Part shown: positions 24,561 to 36,659 of the stretch, piece after piece
How the letters are laid out: every line of letters starts with the position of its first letter
Position numbering within the stretch: position 1 is the stretch's first letter
DNA from: Callorhinchus milii
Lineage: Eukaryota
Assembly: GCF_018977255.1 (NCBI RefSeq)
Contig: NW_024705316.1
Coordinates: 1-54,719 of the forward strand
Direction of reading: 5' to 3'
Length of the DNA stretch: 54,719 bases
The notes under the pieces: generated by a model
What the model was told of the DNA's origin: nothing
The model's database searches: none
Seen by the model: the letters and a program-made list of their open reading frames with translations, nothing else
Made by a program: the position numbers and the translations under genes

Positions 24561-24905
24561 AGGGCCGTCCATAAATGACGTCACGCACCTGGGGGGGGGG
24601 GGGTCAGACATTTGTGACGATGTGTGACGAGGGGGGGGGTTGAGAAATGTGACGTCACATCAAAATGCGCAACTTTAAATAAATATAGACAACACATTCT
24701 ACTTAATTAAATAGACTTTTTAATAAATGTTTTCTCCTACAACATCAGAGTGCAGCGCCACATTAAATACGCACAACAATGACATAGTTTAAAGCGATTT
24801 GAAGCATGTTTATGGTTTGGGGGGGGGGTGCAGAGCTTTGTGACGTCATATTGAGGGGGGTCAAAAAGCGTCCAAAATCGCGTGACGTCATTTATGGACG
24901 TGCCG
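24561..24905. mobile_element. Harbinger/Tourist-like MITE, second copy
   Basis: Reverse-complement homology to 5241-5630, including the TIRs. Confidence 0.75.
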
Positions 24906-26529
24906 ATCAGTGGGACGTGTCGAGTGTAACACCGGTAACCGTTTGTTCACGCGTTCACCGGTACTGCTCGCAACTGAAACGACTTTCTAAATTAATAATA
25001 AGTATAACCCGTAAAAACAAAGTTTTTCACTATAAATCCTTTATATGCGTGGCGGCTAGAGTCCTCTCGTCCTCTGGCTTGAGATGGCTGCCACCTATGG
25101 GTCAGATGATTGCATTGCACCATTAAGCAATTGGTCATTAAATATAATATTTTTGTCCTAAAAAGTGTAAAATTTTGGAAAAAAAAATTCACGAACATTA
25201 ATTGTCACGCACAACGAGTCTGTGTGGAACATGTCAGCTCGATTGGATCACGGGAAGTGGGTTAAAAAACGACCGAAAGATTTGCACGGTCCTAAGCAAG
25301 CAAGCGAACTTAATATAAAGGATTAAAAAATGTAAAATAAAATATGAAAGTAATCCTATACAGTGATAAGGCACCACAGGGCTCACAATAAGCACGGATT
25401 GCAATACTCTAGCGTAGCCACAAGGCGGCGGCAGTCGATAGGTCGCGGATTCAAATGCAAACTCCCCTGTCCATTCACGCGACTTTTTATTTCATTCCTG
25501 GCGTGGAGTCTCATTCACATTCGTATCGACACAGATTCGCACATTCGCATTAGGTTTGTTTTCTTAGCCATTGCAACAAAATATGACATTATATAAGACA
25601 CTCAACTCTGGCAGTGCCCCTTATTCATAGCAGTTACATTTTTGCGTGGAGTTGTTAAAGAAGAACATCGCTGTTCGGCTATAGCATCCAATAACGGCAG
25701 AATAACTATTTAACAATTGTAATTTAAATGGTAAAATGTCGCTGTAATCGAGTTGCCCGACAGCGGATTCTGCCGCTGGCAGATCGCATTGCCATCTATT
25801 TATCATTTCAAGAGGCGTGGCTGTAACGGTCCTTGTGTTGCTACAATGTTCTGTACCATCACGATTACTCCTTACATTAATTACTGCATCGTAATGTTTA
25901 CAATAAAAACTATATTCGTGCATATTGATATCATGGTCATTATCATCGGCCGTGATCACTTCCACTGCTGAATAAAAGCCTCTTTAAGTAATCTGTCTCT
26001 CACGGCCCAGTGATGTTACAATCGACCTACCAGGTGCATGCGAGCTGATTTCACTGCTCCATCTCCTCAGTGGACGTCTCAGGGGCTCTGCACCTCCCTT
26101 GGCAGCGACTCCCTCGCTAGTCTCGACCACGGGTCATAGTGGCCACGGGTCACTATCCTGTCCTGCCCAAGCAGGATTACTTTTTATAACAGAATCAGAA
26201 TATGTATTTATATACTGGAGGAATCCGATGAGCTATAAAGCTCTTCCTCACATATGTCCAGTAGGGACACGTGTTCGGAACGTCACAATAACAAACAAGA
26301 TAAAAACACCATAGGAGTGCAAAGTATAAGAAAGGTGAACACATCACTTGAAAAATATTCATATATACAAATAAAAATAAACTATTTTTTTCAGGTAAAA
26401 CCCATTGAGATATTTAGCTTATTTTCACAACCAACCTGGTTACATATGGTAGCTCAAAAAGCGGGTCATCATGTGCAAATTTAAATCAGCAAACTAATCT
26501 AAATCATCAACATATAATCTAAATGAATG

Positions 26530-26672
26530 TTTCTTAATGTGGAGGGAAAACCCGGAGGACCTGGAGAGAAAAAATCCACGCGACCACGGGAAGAGACAAA
26601 TGCAAACTCCAACTATACAGGCGTTCGGGTCTGGATCAAACCCATTGACCTCCTGCATACCAGGCTAGGAAG
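26530..26672 (-). mobile_element. V-SINE-like element
   Basis: Minus strand GGAGTTTGCATTTGTCTCTTCCCGTGGTCGCGTGG..CCTCCGGGTTTTCCCTCCACA resembles the V domain. Related copies at ~42240-42495 and ~54520-54690. Confidence 0.65.
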
Positions 26673-26776
26673 ATAACATAACACCACCTTAAATATATAA
26701 AGTACTTTAGTTCAAATTGCATTAGTACATCAATTACTAAGCATGGGAATACAGTAAAACAACAGCAAAAGCAGTT

Positions 26777-27120
26777 TAACACGTAGGCTTTCGCGACCAA
26801 TATTATTCATAATCAACGTTTTTGGGTTTAGATCGCGTTATTTATAAATGTGTCGTAACCCTCCACCACCCGACACGGCCAATCAGTAAAAAAGTGTCAC
26901 GTTGACAAAAGACAAATAGTTCACTGCTTTAGCCCACCGGTGTGTTGAAGCTTGAAATTGTAAATGTTGTGGTTTCACGCTTCAATACACCGGTAGGCTA
27001 AAGCAGTGAACTATGTATTTTGTCAACGTGACACTTTTTTACTGATTGACCGTGTCGGGTGGTGGAGGGTTACGACACATTTATAAATAACGCGATCTCA
27101 ACCCAAAAACGTTGATTATG
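26777..27120. mobile_element. Family B fold-back
   Basis: Inverted arms about a centre near 26965, tail on the left, TSD AGCAAAAGCAGTT (26764-26776 / 27121-27133). Confidence 0.8.
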
Positions 27121-27678
27121 AGCAAAAGCAGTTACAGTCCACCCAGTAATACACCGCTTTACGTCGGGGATGCGTTCCTGAAAGAGGTGCGGACACGAAA
27201 ATGGAAGCGACGTCAATCGGAGCGACTCACAGAGTCGACGGGTGAGAGGCGACGGAAACGTTGAAAGGACGGACGACACTGCCAGCGATGTAAGTGTGCG
27301 TTGAGGCGATGCAAACCAGGCGGCGGTATTAATAAAGTGATGCCGTATTTCCGAAACGTCGTAAAACAGTGAGACGTAAATCGGGGTATGACTATTTCTT
27401 GTTTGCCTTATAAACTCAGAAACCGCTCGGTGAGCGCCAGAGCGACGTCACGCGGTGGGGAGTCGAACCAGGACGCCAATCTATGGGGCTATGGTGTTTG
27501 GTGGAGACTACAACATTATGACTGCACCCAAGACTACAATGCCAAGTGTGAATATATTTTACGGCACACTATATTTCTTTTACTTATATCAGTTGTTAAT
27601 GTTAATCTTGTGCAGTATAAACATTATTTTCAATAGAAATGATCTCCGTTTATAACGTGATTGATAATTTACAAAGTG

Positions 27679-28135
27679 ATAATTGTTTTTTTACCCTTCT
27701 ATCTGGCAACAAAACTGACACCTTTTTGCAAGGAGTCATGTTTGCATAGACCGCAATACCTGCAGTCATAATACAAACAAAAGAACATAACTCTGATAAT
27801 GTGCACTGTCCTTGAAGTTGATTGGTCCACACCCGAGACAGCTTTCCTTCGAGCCTAGTCTCATATGGGTTGGACCAGATGGCGTCATCTGGTGGCGTCA
27901 TCTGGTCCAACCCATATGAGACTAGGCTCGAAGGAAAGCTGTCTCGGTGTGGACCAATCAACTTCAAGGACAGTGCACATTATCAGAGTTATGTTCTTTT
28001 GTTTGTATTATGACTGCAGGTATTGCGGTCTATGCAAACATGACTCCTTGCAAAAAGGTGTCAGTTTTGTTGCCAGATAGAAGGGTAAAAAAAACAATTA
28101 TCATATTTTTACTGGCAAATGAGGTCCCCATAGAG
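27679..28135. mobile_element. Family C fold-back: near-perfect ~425-bp palindrome plus tail
   Basis: Arms 27677-27885 and 27895-28103; TSD TAATTTACAAAGTG (27665-27678 / 28136-28149). Confidence 0.85.
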
Positions 28136-28950
28136 TAATTTACAAAGTGTTTATAGCATTAACTGGTATAAACACTCATGGTATAAACGAGGCACTTGCT
28201 ACCACGGTGCTACCAACTGTGGCCCATAATGCTCACCACAGAGCAGGTGAGTTCACCCAGACCGGGCAGGTAAGATTTCATATTCTTAGGTTTTCGGTAA
28301 AGTCACGTAGGTAAATTTTTTTTTAAATAAATTAAAGTAAAATAAAAAGAAAATAAAAATCACGTTTGTCACGTAATCAAAACGTTTTGATTACGTGACA
28401 AATTTATAAAAGTGAAATAAAAATAAAATAAAAATCACGTTTGTCACGTAATCAAAATTAATAAAAGTAAAATAAAAATAAAATAAAAATTCACGTTTGT
28501 CACGTAATCAAAACGTGACTTTACCGAAAACCTAAGAATATGAATACTTGCAGTCACGAAAGCTTAAAATATAGAATCAGGTAAGATTTCCCAAACCTGG
28601 CAGTTGTCATCACCATCAGTTGCTTGAACTGCAAAGTGGATACATTCATTCTAGATTTGAAGCTTTCGTGACTGCAGGGATTCATATTCTTAGTCACGTA
28701 GATAAAAAATTTTTATTGAAATTAATAAAAGTAAAATAAAAATTAAATAAAAATTATGAGGTTTCGGAGACGGAAGCTTGTGTTGCCTCCGAAACGTCGT
28801 GATTTTTATTTTATTTTTCATTTTACTTTTATTAATTTAAATTTTTTATCTACGTGACTTTACCGAAAAAAACTAAGAATGTGGATACATTCAATCAGAG
28901 GTTACCCACATCGGGTAAGACGGATAAAAGAGCCCTTGGGTAGCGCGTTT

Positions 28951-29210
28951 CTATTCGTGCCGAGTGGAACACGTGAGGTTGGCCAGGCCGGGCATGGCGA
29001 GACGCCCGCTCTGGAGGGCGTGCTGAGCCGGCGGGTTTGAGAGGTGCATCGCCAGCAGCTTCTCCTGCATGAGGGGGTGCCAGGAGCCCAGGGTGCACTC
29101 CGGGTTCTGGGCGGGCTCGAAGTAGTGGCACTGCCGCGTGGCACGGCCTCGCGGGGGGATGAAGTCGTAGACGGTCACCTCCTGGCACAGGCTCATCATC
29201 AGCGCTACTC
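28951..29210 (-). pseudogene. Orphan, frame-intact inverted copy of ST6Gal exon 5
   Basis: ctgcag|VALMMSLCQEVTVYDFIPPRGRATRQCHYFEPAQNPECTLGSWHPLMQEKLLAMHL...RHE*. Upstream homology stops at the Gypsy 5' LTR. Confidence 0.85.
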
Positions 29211-29333
29211 CTGCAGCACCACGAGGCAGAGGGGGCGGCGTTAGTAACCACCACCGCGCACACGCGATTCGCACCAAGTGCTACCACCACTTTGACCTTC
29301 GTTTGACCCAGACGGACCGGGGATTGGCACATG

Positions 29334-29863
29334 TGTAGAGGTGTAATTGCGCATGGCTACGAATGTTGAGGTGTGATTATGCATGGCCACGGATGGCCAA
29401 CAAACACAAGGGCGGGGTTACGGCCATACACAAGGTGGCGCTCGCACCGACGTCCACATGTGCATCCCCCACGGGCCCCCCCTCGGGGGCGGTCCTATAA
29501 AAGGTGATGAGAACGAGGCTCGAGGTCGGGACTCAGCTTTAACCAGAGAAGACGGAAGACCTGCTAGAATAGGCCCCAGAGCTCCCCTGGCTCGCTGTCC
29601 TTATAAGGGCCGACCAGGGCAAGCCGGTGGCGTGGCCCCGAGAGCCCAGACTAAGCTGGTCTGGTGACTCAGGGTGCCGGGATCCCAGCTTAACCAGGCT
29701 GGGACAGATAGCCTCCCCTAGCCCCGTAGTGGAGGAATTGGTATAGGTTAGAGGGCTTAGCTGTCGTGAATCCCTGTAGCCAAGTGACCTGTAATTACTG
29801 TGTTGTTGTAATAAACAAGTGTGCCTCCGATCCTGTCGTCAAGCCTCCCATATACTTACTACA
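29334..29863 (+). repeat. 5' LTR
   Basis: TGTAGAGG...TACTACA with internal TATAAAA (~29496) and AATAAA (~29810). Confidence 0.95.
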
Positions 29864-29865
29864 TC

Positions 29866-29878
29866 TGGTGTCAGAAGT
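29866..29878 (+). promoter_or_regulatory. Primer-binding site, tRNA-Leu type
   Basis: TGGTGTCAGAAGT is complementary to a tRNA 3' end ACUUCUGACACCA (recalled as tRNA-Leu CAA). Confidence 0.8.
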
Positions 29879-29891
29879 AAAACGTCCAACG

Positions 29892-32800
29892 ATGGACACA
29901 CGAGGGACGACACGTACCAGGGAGTCGGAGATGGAAGACGCCGCGGCCGAATCAACACCAGAAATGGCCGGGGTCGAATCGGAGCAGCCGGGGCCGAGTA
30001 CGCCCGCGCCGCTACGACAGGAGGAGGGGGATGCGTCGGCCGAAGACTCCGGCTGGCCCACTCCCGCCTGGCGGACCTGCTCTACGCCGCGGCCGCCGCG
30101 TTGGAGGAGATCACGCGGCTGGGGGCTGGAGGAGCAGCGCGGGTCGACGACGGCAGCCGGCGCGGGGCGACGTTTCCCGCCACCCCGACGCGGCTCGCGG
30201 TCAAATTTCCCGCCATCTCTACAGTACGAGCGGAGGGCGGGGCCGGCCCGCGTCACGTGTCTGCTGAGCGCCAAGCACAAGCCGTGACATCATCAACACC
30301 GGCCGGCGCGTCAACATCAGAGCGACCGGCGATGCCATGTGCACGGCCCGCCCACACTGTATCATCGGCGGGGAGCGACGGAGAGCGTTCTGCGGCCACG
30401 GACGCCGCCTTACAACAGCGTCTGCCGCCTCTTAAAGAATTCGTCGGCGCTGACGGAGACTGGGGCGGCTTCAAGAGGCGGTTCATCGCTCATCAAGAGA
30501 TGGCGAACTGGTCGGACGCCGAGGCTCTACGCGCGCTGCCAGCGATGCTGGACAACGACGCCCTGGCTACCCTCACCTCGGCGCCGAGGGAAAAGCGCGC
30601 CACTCTACACCTGGCGTTGCAGCTGCTGTCAGCCGTCTATGGGCCGCCTTCGGACTGCAGGCAGCTGTTCCACGATCGGAGTCGGGGCGCCAACGAATCA
30701 CCCCTGGCCTTCCGGACGGCTCTCCTGGCCCTGGCGAAGGCTGCTTTTCCAAGGATGGACGAGGAAGGAGTGGATGCCATGGTGGCTGAGAAGCTGCTGC
30801 TACTCGCTGATGAGCTGGACGTCAACGTCCTGGCTCAAGACGACGCGGAGATGTCGTCCCTGCTGGTCGCGCGCCACATCCACGGGGGCTTGCGGTCCCT
30901 GCGTCGGAAGGCGGCAAAGGGGGCGGCCGGCCATGCCATGGCGGCCACCGCCCTCCCATCGGAGGAGGTCTGCGGGGTGGAGCGGCGAGGGGAATGGAGA
31001 TCGGCGGCACCACAGGCTCGGAATGGACCGAGCCGCCAGGAGCAGCCCAGGACATCTGGGGCGCTCACACGCTGCTACAACTGTGGCCTGCAAGGCCACG
31101 TTGCGTCAGGATGCCGGGCTCCCCGTCAGCGCGGGGCGACACCTCGTCAGGACGCCACGCCGTCTCCTCCCAAGCTCCAGCAGAGAAATACGGCGAGTCG
31201 CGGCACCTCACACGTTTGGCCCACGCACACATCCGACACACACTCACGCGCTCAACTAAACAGGGCTCCAAATTCCCCGTCCGTCGCGCGCGATTGTTCG
31301 GTAATGCGGCGAGCGCTCCAACCGGGTCAGTGGTCGGAGCTCGCCCATCGTGTCGTTGCTGCGTCGGCGGGATCATCGGTCGTGGTCGGTCACATTGATG
31401 GGGTAGAGGTGCGGATTTTAATTGACACAGGGGCATCGGCGACCATTATATCTGATTTGATTTATAACATCCTTCCCGTTCAAAGTCGTCCCTTGCTCCC
31501 TGTTGACGTGCCATGCTATGCCGCTAACGGGGCTCTCTGGGCATTATTGGCCAAATCCGCGCCACTATCTGCATTGGAGACATTAAATTATCCGGCCTGT
31601 TTTGGTTTCCTCCTCACTCGCGGTTCCGTGCCTGTTGGGGACGGATTTTCTGGCCAAAATGCCCATCCGATCCTTATTGACCAAGGGTGCATTGAGCTCC
31701 CATCGGGCCGACGCGTTACATTTCTGTCTTCCCCCACCACGGAGCGTCGGGCGTTTGCCACCGTGCAGGCGCTCGTCACAAAAACTGTGCGCGTGCCTCC
31801 GGGGGCTCAGATGCTCGTCCCTCTTAGGTTGCGTCGGCCGTTTGATGAAGGGTTGCGGATCGGGGGGTCTTGTTGGGTCCATCTCGGGCCGGGGTCAATG
31901 GACCCGATTTGCTCGCGGCTCAGACCATGGTGAGAGGGGATGGGGACCCCTTCATTGCAGTCCTTAATGTGGGATCGCGAACGGCCGTGGTTCCTCAAGG
32001 GACCGTGCTTGCACACGCAACGCCGGTGCCCTATGAGGAACCACTCGTGGGTCAGGTATCCACCGATCCTCCGTCGCGACCGCATTCGGACTGTGATGAC
32101 GGATGGCTGGATGCGCTTTGCGCGGGTTCAGTGGACCTGTCCGACTCGCAGCGCGCGCAGCTGCGAGTTCTCCTGAGCGAATTTGCTGACGTTTTTAGTC
32201 AACACAAATTTGATATTGGTTGTACTAAATTGCTGCGACACCATATTGACACGGGTGACAGCGCGCCAATCCGCCAAAATCCCTTTCGGTTGAGTCCCGC
32301 CGAAAAGGATCATGTCAAATCGGCTGTTGATGACATGCTAGCCGCCGATATCATTTCCCCTTCCAACAGCCCGTGGGGCGCGCCGATCGTTTTGGTGAAA
32401 AAACACGACGGCTCACTGAGATTTTGTGTCGACTTTCGGCGTCTCAACAAAATCTCTGTGGCAGATGCGTACCCGCTTCCTCGGATGGATGAGTCGCTCG
32501 ACGCCTTGGCCGGTGCGCGATTCTTTTCCACCCTCGATTTGCTATCTGGATTCTGGCAGCTTCCTCTGGATGACGAATCGAAACCTAAGACTGCTTTTCG
32601 TACACCGCAAGGTCTCTTCCAATTTAACCGCTTGCCGATGGGTTTACATTCTGCGCCGGCAACTTTTCAGCGGTTAATGGAATTGGTCTTGGCAGGTTTG
32701 CAATGGGATTCGTGTTTGATTTACTTAGACGATGTCATCGTCTTTAGCAAATCCTTCGAGGAACACCTCCAGAGGTTGCGTGCTGTTTTTCTCAAAATGC

Positions 32801-35172
32801 GGGCTGCCAATTTGAAATTTAAACCACAGAAGTGCCATTTACTCCGCGAATCGGTGCGATATTTGGGTCACATTGTTGGGCGCTCGGGGATATCCACTGA
32901 TCCCGCCAAAACGGAATGCGTCAGCTCCTGGCCGACTCCCACCTCTGTGGGAGAGGTCAGGAGTTTCATTGGGTTCGCGTCGTATTATCGGCGATTTGTG
33001 GCTGACTTCGCTACGATTGCGAAACCATTGCATGCCTTGACGTCCAAGGGAGTCAGGTTTCATTGGGGGCCGGAGGAGGAGGCTGCTTTTCGCGCCCTCA
33101 GAAATGCTTTGGTGGGGCTCCGCCGTTGAATTACCCGGATTTTTCACAACCCTTCTTGCTCGATACAGACGCAAGTAACACGGGCATCGGGGGCGTGCTG
33201 TCCCAGCTCATTGGGGGCGTAGAGCATGTGGTGGCTTACGGTAGTCGGGTACTGTCTCCAGCCGAACAGCGGTACTGCGTTACCCGTCGGGAATTATTGG
33301 CGATTGTTTATTTCATTCAGCAGTACCGCCCGTATCTGTACGGTCGGCGGTTCACCGTCCGTACAGATCATGCGGCCCTACAGTACGCCCTGCGGGTTCA
33401 ACAACCATCGGGCCAGTTGTCTCGATGGTTGGAGATTCTCCAAGACTATGACTTTGTCACCACATATCGTAAGGGTCTCCGCCACACGAACGCTGACGCC
33501 CTGTCGCGATTGCCACCCACTTCGGAGTGCGCGTGCCTCTTGGGTTCGGGGCGTTGTAGGCCCCGAACGTCACCACCGATTCGGTCCTCGTGGCCGCTGC
33601 CGATGCGCCTTCGGCTTCGGGTCCTATCGAGCAAGAAGGGAGGGATTCGTTGCTGGGGTTGTCGGTCGCGGAATGGGGACGCCTCCAAATGGAGGACACC
33701 TCCCTCCTCGCTCTGCGCCGTCGCGCCGGGGGGGTTGGCCAGGGGGTGGAAAACGTTGACTCGTGGGGGTTGTTCCAGGGTCTTTTAATGCACTGGGATG
33801 GAAAAACCCGGCGCCAGCGGCTGTGGTGCCTGCTGCTTTAAGGGGTAAGGTGGTATGGGCTGTTCATGAGCGGCTTCTGCACTTGGGGGTTCACAAGACC
33901 TTTGCCACGCTCCAGCTGGATTTCTTCTGGCCGGGCATGGAAAAGGACGTGGGGGATCTCTTGGGGTCATGCACGCAATGCGCGCAGAGGAAGCCACCTG
34001 CTAGGGGGTCCAACCCTCCGCTGCAGTCCATAAAAGTTTCCCGGGTTAACGAGCTCGTCGCTCTGGACATACTTGGCCCATTTCCCGCTACGCCCAGGGG
34101 CAATAGGTATTTACTAACGGGGGTTGAATACTTCACGAGATGGCCTATGGCCTGGCCCCTGGCGAACCAGTCGGCAGCAGCCATCGCGGAGGCCTTTGTC
34201 CAGGGCTATGTCCTCGACAAGGGTGCTCCGGAACGGCTGCTTACTGACCAGGGTAGGAATTTTTCTGGTAAACTCCTACGTGAGGTGTGCGACCTCTTGG
34301 GTACGGAGAAGGTTCGGACCTCTCCGTATCACCCACAAACTGACGGGATGGTGGAACGGCTGCATCGGACCATCACGTCCATGCTGTCCCAGCAGGTGTC
34401 GGTATCCCAGACGGATTGGGACCTCCGCATAGCCGGTGTGTTGCAGGCCTACAGAATGGCTCCCCATGCGGCCACCGGATTTTCCCCTTTCTTTTTAATG
34501 TATGGGCGCGAAGTTAACCCCCCTGTGGCGACCCAGCTGAAGCTCTCGGCGCTCCAGGCGAAGTCTAACTTGTCCGAACACGTTAAATTTAACATCGCTA
34601 AATTGTCTGAGGCGCGGGAAGCGGCCGTGCAAAATTCTGAACTCCGCCAGAAGGCGAACGAGAGGCTTCGGTTGGGGCGGGTGCAGGTGGTCAAATGGGA
34701 ACCAGGGGACAGGGCGTGGTTGCACTGTCCTCAGGTGCCGCTGGCAACCTCGTCGAAATTGGTACGGCCGTGGCGGGGGCCAGTGGAGGTCGTGCAGGTT
34801 TTGCGGCCGCAATGTGTTCGCGTCAAATGGGGGAGGCGCCGGTGGTATGTGCACCCCTCAAGGTTAAAACCATTTGTCGCGCCGCCCCGTGGTTCACACA
34901 CACACACGCATGGCCAAACGTGTGAGGGTGTCGCCGACTCCCCGTCGTCGCTGCACTCGCCTAACCTGACGCCAACTGTTCCGTCCCCAGGTGAAACAGG
35001 AGTGACGGGCCCACGCCCACCAACCCCTCCCGGAGGGGTCGGGGGTCACTCGGCAGCGACGCCTGACTCTCTTGCACCCGGACCGTCAACAACCGTCACT
35101 GAGCGTGCCAGGACGGGCCCTTGTGACGGGCCCGCCGCGAGAACGCGCGCCAAAACGCGCAGACTTTTGTGA
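29892..35172 (+). CDS. Gypsy gag-pol, several frameshifts
   Basis: CCHC knuckle CYNCGLQGHVASGC; protease LIDTGAS; RT LRFCVDFRRLN..YLDD; RNase H LDTDASNTGIG; integrase HHCC, then ALDILGP..LTDQG..MVER. Confidence 0.93.
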
Positions 35173-35477
35173 GGTCGGCCGTTGGGGGGCCTTGCGGACA
35201 ATGGGAGGGTGTTGTGAGGTCGGCCGTTGGGGGCCTTGCGGACAATGGGAGGGGTGGCGTCCGGTGTGTATATATTGTTGGTTTTGGGGTGCTTATTCAG
35301 GGAGGGCGCGTCGGGATATTTTTTTTTCTCTCTCTCTCTCTCTCTTCCTCTTGTTGTTCTGTTAAGGTTCTCTTGTTCTTGTTAGAAATAATTTACGCGA
35401 GGCACACACACGGGGTTTGTGAGGGATACACCTTTATTCTGATTTTTTTTGCAGCCAGGGACGGCTGCGAGCTGTAC

Positions 35478-35489
35478 AGGGGGGGGTGA
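35478..35489 (+). promoter_or_regulatory. Polypurine tract
   Basis: AGGGGGGGGTGA immediately before the 3' LTR. Confidence 0.8.
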
Positions 35490-36024
35490 TGTAGAGGTGT
35501 AATTGCGCATGGCTACGAAAGGTGTCGTGTGATTATGCATGGCCACGGATGGCCAACAAACACAAAGGGCGGGGTTACGGCCGTACACAGGGTGGCGCTC
35601 GCACCGACGTCCGCATGTACATCCCCCACGGGCCCCCCCTTGGGGGCAAGTCCTATAAAAGGTGATGAGCCGAAAGGCTCGGGAGTCGGGACTCAGCTTT
35701 AACCAGAGAAGAACGAAGACCTGCTAGTATAGGCCCCGGAGCTCCCCTGGCTCGCTGTCCTTCTAAGGGCCGACCAGGGCAAGCCGGTGGCGTGGCCCCG
35801 AGAGCCCAGACGAAGCTGGTCTGGTGACTCAGGGAGCCGGGATCCCAGCTTAACCAAGCTGGGACAGATAGCCTCCCCTAGTCCCGTAGTGGAGGAGTTG
35901 GTATAGGTTAGAGGGGTTAGCTGTCGAGAAATCCCTGTAGCCAAGTGACCTGTAATACTGTGTTGGTGTAATAAATAAGTGTGCCTCCGATCCTGTCGTC
36001 AAGCCTCCATATATACTTACTACA
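35490..36024 (+). repeat. 3' LTR
   Basis: Direct repeat of 29334-29863 with many substitutions and indels. Confidence 0.95.
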
Positions 36025-36364
36025 CAAATATACAAACACAGACATAATTTCAACCGTGATGATGGTTACAAACTGAGTAATCATTGGAAAGATGTGATTA
36101 ACCATGCAAAAAAGATTTAACTTCACTTATTTGGACATCTTATTTGACAGACAACTATTACAGGTTACTGATAGAGAGCCAGTTCTGTTTTACCAGGTTT
36201 AGCTTTCTTTTTTCACACTTTTGTTATGTAGGCCAGGCTTAGTCACAAACCGAACTCTCATAATAAAGGCTCAGTTGTGAAACGTGCACCCCGCTATGGA
36301 ACAGCTTCGCCGGTTAGAAACATTTAGGCTGGCCTGCTAACGATCCATCCTGGCTTTAACCATA

Positions 36365-36482
36365 TATGTGTGTGTGCGCGTCTAAGTCGATGTGTTTCTG
36401 TGTGTGTGGGTCAATGTCTGTGTGCAAGTCAATGTGTGTGTCTGCATTTTTTGCCCGAGCAACGCCGGGTACTTAACGCTAG
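36365..36482 (+). mobile_element. Possible Helitron 3' terminus
   Basis: (TG)-rich tract, hairpin CCCGAGCAACGCCGGG, then CTAG (36479-36482) followed by T. Confidence 0.45.
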
Positions 36483-36659
36483 TAATTTAATATTTCTTTC
36501 GTGTTACGCTGATGTTACGTCCCATCTGATCAATATAGCATCTGCCACAAACAATTAATCCGATATACACCTTCTGTTAGTAATTTAGGCAATTCGTCTT
36601 TAGTGCAAGATACTAGTTTTAGATTTTGTGTACTGTACCAATCTTACTTTAATGTTTTG

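Larger units (their letters stand above)
29334..36024 (+). mobile_element. Ty3/Gypsy LTR retrotransposon, near full length
   Basis: Two TGTA..TACA LTRs, PBS, PPT and gag-PR-RT-RH-IN domain order. Confidence 0.97.

Noticed and set aside
27850..27930. Hammerhead in family C (CAGATGA motif)
   Set aside because: The core is not CUGANGA and there is no correctly spaced GAAA..UH.
29819..29891. Start of the 704-aa ORF at 29819
   Set aside because: It begins inside the LTR/PBS; the gag ATG is more plausibly 29892 in another frame, with a frameshift near 30060.
35168..35254. ~44-bp tandem duplication after the integrase stop
   Set aside because: A simple local duplication in the Gypsy 3' UTR; no env-like ORF follows.
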